64,000 bases of DNA from an uncultured virus (IMG/VR IMGVR_UViG_3300031951_000033) (Duplodnaviria; Heunggongvirae; Uroviricota; Caudoviricetes): IMG/VR virus record IMGVR_UViG_3300031951_000033; one strand, given 5' to 3'. The position numbers and the translations under genes were made by a program. The notes beneath the pieces were generated by a model. It was given only the letters and a program-made list of their open reading frames with translations. It was not told the DNA's origin and did not search any database. Shown in pieces: positions 56,919 to 64,000 of the stretch. The first letter of the stretch is position 1. Each line of letters begins with the position of its first letter.

Positions 56919-58904
56919 ATGGCTTGGTACGACGATTGGCTCAAAAACAGAATAAAAACCAACATCGATGATCTTCTAAAGGCCGACGGCGTATCCACTC
57001 CAGCCCCTGGAATAGTGGCAAACGGCGATAAGGTGCCAGATGTACCAGAAGATGGGCATGAAGCCGAGAAGTTGATAGGCCGAAAGGCTGTAATAGACGA
57101 TCCCTATTTTGATAATCTTGGACAGCAAGTCAATTATAAGCACAAGATGTCTCGTCTGTCGAACAGAACCCTTAAAGAGGTATCTCTGCGCGATTGGCTC
57201 GTGTCGTCTATTATTCAAGCTCGCGTAGATACATTGGTTAAGTTTTCTAGACCGCAGCATCGTAAGTTTGAAGAAGGTTTCAGGATAATAAAGAAAAATG
57301 ACAAAGATCCGTACACCGAAGATGATCTTAGAGAGATATCTGAGTTGGAAGATTTTATCTACCATTGCGGACGTAGAGAGGGAACGCCTCACTCTGATCG
57401 CATGCTGTTTGGCGAGTTCCTTAAACTGGTAGCACGCGATTCTCTCACCTTTGGTCACGTGGCTGTAGAAAAAATTAAGACCAGAGCGGGCGGACTGCAC
57501 AGATTTCGTCCTTTGCCTGCAGAATCTGTTTATCTCATAAACAAGAAGCTATCTAAAGAACAACTTAATCAGGAAGTCCTTTCGCAACGTCAAGGCTTCA
57601 AGCCAGGGAATAACGATCCTTCTAAAGATTATCAGATTAACCAAGTGCCTATTGAGTACTACAAGTATGTTCAGGTCTCTTACGACAATAGGCCGCTTGC
57701 TAATTTTGGCGATGAAGATCTTATTTTTAAACTATTAAATCCCCAGAACTTTGCTGATTCAAACGGTTATTGCTATTCGCCTGTAGAGATGGCAGTGATC
57801 AACATTACTAACCATCTCAATGTAGAGAACTACAATGCGAATTTTTTTACTCATGGTTATGCTTCTCGCGGCATTCTCCATCTCAAAGGTACTGTAACTC
57901 AAGCGCAGTTGATGAACTTCCGCAGGCAATTTTACAACACTATCAGCGGTCAACAGCACGCATGGAGAACTCCGATAGTGGCTGGACTTGAAGAGGTTCA
58001 GTGGGTACCGATGTCCGCTAGCGCTAAAGAGATGGAGTACATAAACTTCAATAACCATCTCATGCGTATCATCTGCGCTCAGTTTCAGATTGACCCGATG
58101 GAGCTCGGTCTCGATTATCTTATATCTGGTACCGGTCGTGCTCCGATGCAGCAGGCCAGTAACGAATATAAGATTAACTTCTCTCGCGAGCGCGGTTTGC
58201 ATCCGCTCATGTTGTTCGTCGAAGACATGATGAACAGCGACTTGCTTCCTTCGATAGATATAGAAATTTCTAAAAAATATAAGTTCGTGTTCACCGGATA
58301 TACTGACGCGACTCCGCAAACTGAGATTGCTCAGATGCAAGCAGAGATGACCGTCTGGAAATCCATGAACGATCTTTTAGTGCAAGCTCAAAAAGACGCC
58401 ATTGACTCTCCTGCGGCTAATTTGCCAATGAATCAGGCATTCTGGGCGTTGGTAGAGAAGAACTATACTCGCGGCGAGATAAGAGAATACTTCTTCAAGG
58501 ATAAGGGTGCGTCTAAGCGCAAAGAACTGCAATATATCCCAGGTGATCCTGCGTTCATGGGTTGGCAGCAACTCATCCTTAGCATGGAACAAGCTAAAGA
58601 ACAAAAGTCACAGATGAAAGAGCAGCAAGAGCAACAGCAGCAGATGATGCAAGCTCAAGCCGAAGCTCAGCAGCAGCAAGCTGAAATGGAAAATAGGCAT
58701 AAAGAAGCTGAGCACGATAGAGAAGAAGAAAAGCACGAGATGGAGATGAAGCAGATGCACGCTGAGGCAGCAGGAAATGCTGTTAGAGCCGGAGGCACAG
58801 GTCATAATCCTCTTACGGAAGCTGCTAAACAGTTCGGGGCTTCTAAGGCGCCAGTTATTGCCGGAACTCCGGTTAAAAATCCATTAAACTATATACCTGA
58901 TTGA
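56919..58904 (+). CDS. Portal protein
   Basis: Follows TerL; GYCYSPVE, NANFFTHG, KEMEY...ICAQFQIDPMELG motifs. Confidence 0.9.
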   Translation: MAWYDDWLKNRIKTNIDDLLKADGVSTPAPGIVANGDKVPDVPEDGHEAEKLIGRKAVIDDPYFDNLGQQVNYKHKMSRLSNRTLKEVSLRDWLVSSIIQARVDTLVKFSRPQHRKFEEGFRIIKKNDKDPYTEDDLREISELEDFIYHCGRREGTPHSDRMLFGEFLKLVARDSLTFGHVAVEKIKTRAGGLHRFRPLPAESVYLINKKLSKEQLNQEVLSQRQGFKPGNNDPSKDYQINQVPIEYYKYVQVSYDNRPLANFGDEDLIFKLLNPQNFADSNGYCYSPVEMAVINITNHLNVENYNANFFTHGYASRGILHLKGTVTQAQLMNFRRQFYNTISGQQHAWRTPIVAGLEEVQWVPMSASAKEMEYINFNNHLMRIICAQFQIDPMELGLDYLISGTGRAPMQQASNEYKINFSRERGLHPLMLFVEDMMNSDLLPSIDIEISKKYKFVFTGYTDATPQTEIAQMQAEMTVWKSMNDLLVQAQKDAIDSPAANLPMNQAFWALVEKNYTRGEIREYFFKDKGASKRKELQYIPGDPAFMGWQQLILSMEQAKEQKSQMKEQQEQQQQMMQAQAEAQQQQAEMENRHKEAEHDREEEKHEMEMKQMHAEAAGNAVRAGGTGHNPLTEAAKQFGASKAPVIAGTPVKNPLNYIPD

Positions 58905-59092
58905 CAAAGCTGTACTACAACAACAAAAGTCAAGCGCTTTATTCTAGAGAGCAGTTTAGAGCTTTTGTCAAGTTGTGCGTCTTACTCCATAGACTCGAGC
59001 TAATATCCTACAAAACTGCTAAGGAATTTGTTTCTTGTTTTCAGATATTTTTTGTATAATGAATTCATGATCAAATTCCAAAAGGAGTGCTC

Positions 59093-59887
59093 ATGGCTTT
59101 AGTCTGTATCGGCGGCCTTGATCGCACCGGCAAAACATCAGTGGCAGAGCTGTATCGCTCAAAGGGGTTTACGGTTGTTCATCTGTCGGCCCCAGATAAG
59201 AAATACTTCGATCCGTCGTACCGCGGTCCGTCTTATTTCGAAGATTACATCGACATGTTGATGTCCTTCGGTTCTAAGGACGTAGTAATGGACAGATTCT
59301 GGGATGGAGAACTCATTTGGCCCCAGGTTTATGGAAGAACTCCTATGCTATCAGAGCAAGAGATCGATCAGATCAGAGAGATAGAAATGGGCATGGGCGC
59401 TTCATACATTCTGATGCACGACCCTGATTACGAGAATCACTGGAAAAGATGTGTAGAGAATAACGAACCATTGACCAAACCTCAGTTCGTTAAGGCCAGA
59501 AGTCTTTATTACTCTATTGCTGAAAAATATAATTTCACCAAGGCAACTATCAGAAATTTCTTTCCGAACATGGAAGACGATAAAACCAAAAATGAGGCAG
59601 AAAAATCTATGTCGCATGAGTTAGTGGCTGCTAATCCAGTCAATCACGTTCCAGTTGAGCTCCAGAAGTTAGAGTTGGCTAACGCCATAAACGATGTTTT
59701 GTCAAAGCGCGTAATAAAAGCTAAGGGAGATATTTACGACTCTCTGGAATCTGATGTGCGCGATTTTTTGCTGGGTAAGTTGGGTAACATATTCGGTGAA
59801 GACAAAGGTTCGTCTTTTACAAAAGACGAAGTAAAGATGCTTAAACTTTTATGCAAAAGATTTGAAGTAAAGGAGAACAAGAAATGA
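59093..59887 (+). CDS. Thymidylate/dNMP kinase-like protein
   Basis: P-loop GGLDRTGKTS; MDRF; AAGGAG SD. Confidence 0.75.
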   Translation: MALVCIGGLDRTGKTSVAELYRSKGFTVVHLSAPDKKYFDPSYRGPSYFEDYIDMLMSFGSKDVVMDRFWDGELIWPQVYGRTPMLSEQEIDQIREIEMGMGASYILMHDPDYENHWKRCVENNEPLTKPQFVKARSLYYSIAEKYNFTKATIRNFFPNMEDDKTKNEAEKSMSHELVAANPVNHVPVELQKLELANAINDVLSKRVIKAKGDIYDSLESDVRDFLLGKLGNIFGEDKGSSFTKDEVKMLKLLCKRFEVKENKK

Positions 59888-60459
59888 ACGGATTTAGGCA
59901 GCAACCACAGGAATCTAAGAAAGAAAAGATCAAGAGCCTCGAAATAGAGGTTCAAAACGCGCAGGCCGCTACTCGAGTAGCTCAAGTTCTTGTGCGTCAA
60001 CTTATTGACACTACCGCCAAGAACACAGATCAGATCAGGAATCTTGTTCAGATAGTTAACGAGCTTCAGTATAAGGTGCTTGCTTTTCAGCGCCTACTGA
60101 ACATTGATCTTAAGGATGCTGCTTCTATCGCAGACGAGCTTAGGGTCAAGGATTTTAACGAGGCGTCTGACAATGAGGACAAGCAGAAGAACTACGATCT
60201 TGCTAGCACAGTAGAGCAGGATAGCATTGTTATAATCACTTCCACAACCCCTAACGCAGAAAAAGACGCAGGTATTTTTCGCTCTAAGTTTAAGCTGGCA
60301 GACTGCGGGCTTCCTTCGCTTATCGATGCTCTTACGGGAAAAGCAGTTGGCGATATAGTTGAGGTTGAGCTTAACGGCGTAATGCATCAAGTTGTACTGC
60401 TGGGTATCAGAAAGCCAGTTGAAGTTAAGGAGCAAGACGCTAGTCCTGTGCTTCAGTAA
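59884..60459 (+). CDS. Coiled-coil protein with GreA/FKBP-like C-terminal domain
   Basis: SLIDALTGKAVGDIVEVELNG...VVLLGI. Confidence 0.55.
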   Translation: MNGFRQQPQESKKEKIKSLEIEVQNAQAATRVAQVLVRQLIDTTAKNTDQIRNLVQIVNELQYKVLAFQRLLNIDLKDAASIADELRVKDFNEASDNEDKQKNYDLASTVEQDSIVIITSTTPNAEKDAGIFRSKFKLADCGLPSLIDALTGKAVGDIVEVELNGVMHQVVLLGIRKPVEVKEQDASPVLQ

Positions 60460-60538
60460 GTGTCCTTGAGGGACGAAATGGGGATCACTATGAGACTGTT
60501 CTTAAAAATAGGAATCTTGGTATCATAGTAATCATGAG

Positions 60539-60596
60539 GGGGAGAGTGTGCGCAGTGTTGAATTTTCTGTCTTCGATACTTGCGCACACTCTTCCC
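60539..60596 (+). promoter_or_regulatory. Long leader hairpin (24 bp, one bulge, three G-U pairs)
   Basis: ggggagagtgtgcgca-gtgttgaa / ttcgatac-t-tgcgcacactcttccc; TATCAT upstream, AAGGA SD downstream. Confidence 0.7.
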
Positions 60597-60609
60597 GCCA
60601 AGGACGGGC

Positions 60610-61041
60610 ATGAGTACTGATGACGACACAAAACAGCTGCCCTTAATACCCATGGACGCAAGATGTCCACGCGGTCTTACCCATCTGCCGGACTCGTTTT
60701 GCCCTTTGGCCGTTATGCGTTTAAAAGCAATAAGAAACGCGGGTAGAGAATTATCAGAAGAAGAAGAAAACAGCTTAAACGGTTGCCCTTGGGCTGTTAA
60801 CCATCAACTTGCCCACTACTGTTTTTTCAGCTACATGCATGAGTACGCTGGCGATAAGCCGCCCTCTGACATCGAGATAGCTTCGTTGAACTGCATATCT
60901 GTAGATACCGTTAAGAAGATAGAAAAAAGCGCAATAGCCAAAATGAAGGCATCTAAAGATTTTACTGAGATGCGCGAGGCTTACAAAGACGAAGCGATTG
61001 TGCCTGACTCAAATATAGACGATTATTCCGTCATAAAGTAA
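60610..61041 (+). CDS. Cys-rich protein with sigma70 region-4-like HTH
   Basis: SDIEIASLNCISVDTVKKIEKSAIAKMK; N-terminal C...C...C..H..C. Confidence 0.6.
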   Translation: MSTDDDTKQLPLIPMDARCPRGLTHLPDSFCPLAVMRLKAIRNAGRELSEEEENSLNGCPWAVNHQLAHYCFFSYMHEYAGDKPPSDIEIASLNCISVDTVKKIEKSAIAKMKASKDFTEMREAYKDEAIVPDSNIDDYSVIK

Positions 61042-62418
61042 TCAAGGATCGTACGCGTGTCCTTCGTGGATCCTAGTTTTAATTTCTTTAGGAAAACTGC
61101 TGTATTCCTCGTCTGTCAATTTAGAGCCTGCCGGTTTTTTATTAAAAGTACCGTGAGTTTCATGGAGAAGATCTTTATGTTCTCTCGGTAAAGACATGTA
61201 TCGTTCGTGCGAGACCGAAGATCCTTTAGGCGGCATTTCAAGATAATTTTTAGGTGCGTGGTTTGTTTCGTCGGTTTCTATTTTTACCTTAGACTCAGGC
61301 GCTTTTGGCTCAGCAACGTAAGATGGAATTTGAGCGGGTGCTTGTATTTGCTGCGGTTCAGAGTGAAAGGTCGTATACTTTTGGCCTTCTGGCGTAACAT
61401 GCTCTTTCACGTAGCTTTGTGCGTCGTACGCCGATTCACCTAATTTTGCTGCACGAATCTGTGCGGCGCGCTTAGCATTTTCTGCTGCCATATCACTGAC
61501 ATTACCTAGGTTGTAATTTTCCGCGAGTCTTTGCGCTCTTCTGTCTATGCTGCTGGGTATATCTTGTTTAACCTGTTTGGTTTCTTGCGCAATGTTTCTT
61601 ATTCTATTAGGGTCACCTTTAATTCTAGTTATAACCTTAGGATTAGAAGTAGAAACTTTAACTTCTTGCGGTGATAGCTGTCTCATTATGTCTGGCAACG
61701 CCATGTCTATAGCTGCCTCTCCAAGGCCGTAACCAGCTAGAATTTTTCTGGCCTCATCTTCCCTTTCCTGAGACACAGTTCTCATGTCCGGTCTTGCTGA
61801 CACGCTCGCTTCTTTACCGCCAAATCCTCTGCGCCCTTTCAGATCCATCAGGCGCATTATGTTTGCGTCTCGGTCTTTACTGTAGCCTCTCATCTCATCG
61901 ATGGTTCTTTTTGCTTCTTCGTGCATGTGTTTAGGCGGCAAGCCGAATTTAATCCTCATCAGCGCATCATTGTGCTCTTTCATGCCTTCAGGCCTTACGA
62001 CCATCCTTCCGTCTTGATCTTGCACAACGTGTCTCTGGGCTATATCTCTGTTCATCTCAGCCCATTTTTGTTTCTCTTCTTCGTTGGCCGCCTTTCCTTC
62101 GTGAATTCTTTTGGCCTCGCCGTATCTTTTATTTCTTTGCTCTGCGGCGTCAAGCAGCTCTTGCCGCACTTTTCTCTCGTCTATCTCAGGGCCTCGCTCT
62201 GCTTTTTCTTTGGCTGACTGTTGAGCCTTAAGCTCTGAGTTTTTGCGCCTGATTTCTTCTCTCTGCTCTGGTGTGTATCTTTCGGATATACGATTAAGGT
62301 AATTTTGAATGGCAGAATCGTCAAACTTCGAAGGATCTATCTCGCTGTAATTTTTGCCAGCCTTTTCCAGCAGTTGCCATTGCCCGTTTTTAAGTGCCTT
62401 AAGGAGTTCGTTAGCCAT
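61042..62418 (-). CDS. Charged helical protein, candidate internal head/scaffold protein (likely start 62418)
   Basis: TAGAAT just upstream; N-terminus MANELLKALKNGQWQLLEKA; next to protease gene. Confidence 0.6.
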   Translation of the reverse strand: MANELLKALKNGQWQLLEKAGKNYSEIDPSKFDDSAIQNYLNRISERYTPEQREEIRRKNSELKAQQSAKEKAERGPEIDERKVRQELLDAAEQRNKRYGEAKRIHEGKAANEEEKQKWAEMNRDIAQRHVVQDQDGRMVVRPEGMKEHNDALMRIKFGLPPKHMHEEAKRTIDEMRGYSKDRDANIMRLMDLKGRRGFGGKEASVSARPDMRTVSQEREDEARKILAGYGLGEAAIDMALPDIMRQLSPQEVKVSTSNPKVITRIKGDPNRIRNIAQETKQVKQDIPSSIDRRAQRLAENYNLGNVSDMAAENAKRAAQIRAAKLGESAYDAQSYVKEHVTPEGQKYTTFHSEPQQIQAPAQIPSYVAEPKAPESKVKIETDETNHAPKNYLEMPPKGSSVSHERYMSLPREHKDLLHETHGTFNKKPAGSKLTDEEYSSFPKEIKTRIHEGHAYDP

Positions 62419-62482
62419 AACAAAGATTCTATCATGAGGTTTTGGCTTAATGTTTGTTTGTGGTAAAGTATAGAGTAGTATT

Positions 62483-63487
62483 ATGGCCAAAAAACCTTTA
62501 GAAGTGGATATGTGTGCAGGAAGTCAGCTCAGAGATACGCAGGGAGAGATGCTCTCTGTAGAGGGTGCCGACATATCTGAGCTGTTGGCAGGCAACGGAA
62601 GACTCAACGATAATCACGGAAAAGGTTTCTACAATAGTATTGGCAAAATCACGGGCGCCAAGAAGATATTTAAGGCAGAAGATTGCGAAGATGATCGCCA
62701 AAAATATTACTGGGAAAAGATAAAAGCCCCTTACATCTACGTTAAGGGGATTCTTTATGACGACGAAGAGCACCCTAACGCTAAGGCCGCAGCTGCTATT
62801 TTAAGGAACATACATAAGACCGATTGTCCGCTAAAGATTAAGGCCTCTGTAGAAGGCGGCGTGCTTTCTAGAGGCGTAAAAGACTCTTCACTTCTTGCTA
62901 GAACCAAGATTCATTCCGTGGCTCTTACGTTTACTCCTGCCAACAATGCTACTCTTGTTGAGCCCACCAATCTAGATAAGTCTAATTTTGACGAGAAGGC
63001 AGATATGGTGCTTATAAAGTCTGTTATGCACCTTGCGGAGAAAAATGTTCCGTCTTTTCGACATGTTACGCGAGATGCGTCTGCCACCAAGATAACTAAT
63101 AATTTAGCTAAAATGACTGAACTTCTCGCTAAGGCTGGAGTAAATGTTGATAATATAAAGTTGCCGTCTAAGGCGTCTATAATCGAAAAGGCACTAGAAA
63201 ACAAGATAAAAACAAATATAGCTAAGATAAAATCTAGCTTAAAAGATGCACAAAAGCCGCTCAGTAAGGCTCTAATGGCCGGTTATGGTGGAGCTGCAGC
63301 GCCGGGCGCTAGAGTTGGCGGAAGTGTCGTACAATCTGAGTCTCTAGACTTCAGCCCGCCTATGAAATACATAGTGTGCGATGATTGCGGAAAATCGCAG
63401 GTTTACGCCAAGCATCAGGTGAAATGTCGCCACTGCAATAAGAGCTTTAGCCTAGAAAAGCTGTTTCGCACCTTAAAGCGCCCCTAA
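62483..63487 (+). CDS. Prohead protease with C-terminal zinc ribbon
   Basis: RDTQGE, LNDNHG, ASVEGGV, VALTFTPAN; C-terminal CDDC...CRHC. Confidence 0.85.
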   Translation: MAKKPLEVDMCAGSQLRDTQGEMLSVEGADISELLAGNGRLNDNHGKGFYNSIGKITGAKKIFKAEDCEDDRQKYYWEKIKAPYIYVKGILYDDEEHPNAKAAAAILRNIHKTDCPLKIKASVEGGVLSRGVKDSSLLARTKIHSVALTFTPANNATLVEPTNLDKSNFDEKADMVLIKSVMHLAEKNVPSFRHVTRDASATKITNNLAKMTELLAKAGVNVDNIKLPSKASIIEKALENKIKTNIAKIKSSLKDAQKPLSKALMAGYGGAAAPGARVGGSVVQSESLDFSPPMKYIVCDDCGKSQVYAKHQVKCRHCNKSFSLEKLFRTLKRP

Positions 63488-63583
63488 ATTACTGTTAAGT
63501 TTAACCAGAAGTGCCTGATATACTGGTACAGTACTAAAAATGAGTTTAGTAAAACTCTTTTAATAAAGCAAGGAGATTATAAA

Positions 63584-64000
63584 ATGGCATATACCGATGT
63601 TCCAAGTGCAAAGAACCAAATTCTCGATAAGATCGCGCGTGACGCAGGTTACGTTGGTCTTACCGTATCCAGCCGCTCGTTGCAGGCTAACGGCGCTAAC
63701 GCTGTCGTTATCAGCAACAGCTCTAACAATATCACCATAAGTTACAGACTTACTGCAAACGATGGTTCCCCTGAAATTCAGGCTCCCATGGGCGGTATCG
63801 ATGCTTCTGCATCTCCGTTCCTCGGCGCAGGGCTTCTTGCTCCAGGGATGTTGACCATGACTTCTGCTATCGCTACCGCGGGCACTATTGCTGACGTTAT
63901 CGACGGCGCAATTGCGGCTCAAGTTCTTCAGCTTATCTCTGGTTACGCTAACGATATTAGACTGTCTAACAGCACCGGCACTTTTGTTGCAGTTCTTCGC
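63584..64000 (+). CDS. Putative head structural protein (3'-truncated by window; absent from the ORF track)
   Basis: AAGGAG SD; frame open to window end (MAYTDVPSAKNQILDKIARDAG...); follows the protease. Confidence 0.65.
   Translation, partial: MAYTDVPSAKNQILDKIARDAGYVGLTVSSRSLQANGANAVVISNSSNNITISYRLTANDGSPEIQAPMGGIDASASPFLGAGLLAPGMLTMTSAIATAGTIADVIDGAIAAQVLQLISGYANDIRLSNSTGTFVAVLR

Noticed and set aside
746..63922. Many short opposite-strand or alternate-frame ORFs in the track (e.g. 4133-4780, 20200-20739, 45784-46533, 63560-63922)
   Set aside because: Shadows of well-supported genes, with no motifs or initiation signals
1..64000. Stop-codon reassignment
   Set aside because: Long genes are intact under the standard code, and TAA, TGA and TAG all end genes at sensible positions

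Overview
A 64-kb internal segment of a large tailed dsDNA bacteriophage with a contractile-tail (myovirus-type) baseplate, read with the standard genetic code and with no cellular housekeeping context. 1-19.4 kb: baseplate/tail genes, including a 2374-aa baseplate-J-like protein and an 1828-aa tail fibre. 19.4-29.3 kb: an array of putative receptor-binding proteins (a tail-collar protein, three paralogous 7-bladed Kelch-like propellers, a glycine-rich protein, a small adaptor-like protein, three RCC1-repeat propellers). 29.3-31.7 kb: two glycosyltransferases. 32-53.5 kb: replication/recombination genes (primase, DnaB-like helicase, UvsW-like helicase, dUTPase, degenerate DNA MTase, GroEL, SbcC/SbcD, DnaE, gp32-like SSB, UvsY-like protein, RecA), an M15 peptidase, tRNA-Asn, an atypical tRNA-like element and a candidate origin. 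54-64 kb: packaging/head genes (TerL, portal, prohead protease) with sigma-fragment and Gre-like proteins. Most notable: the modular adhesin array with shared terminal scaffolds, a repeated leaderless promoter architecture, a shared KNGQW/LxK[AS] head-targeting motif, the tRNA-like/hairpin locus and a possible single-chain spanin. All product calls come from motif recognition by eye; no database searches were run.
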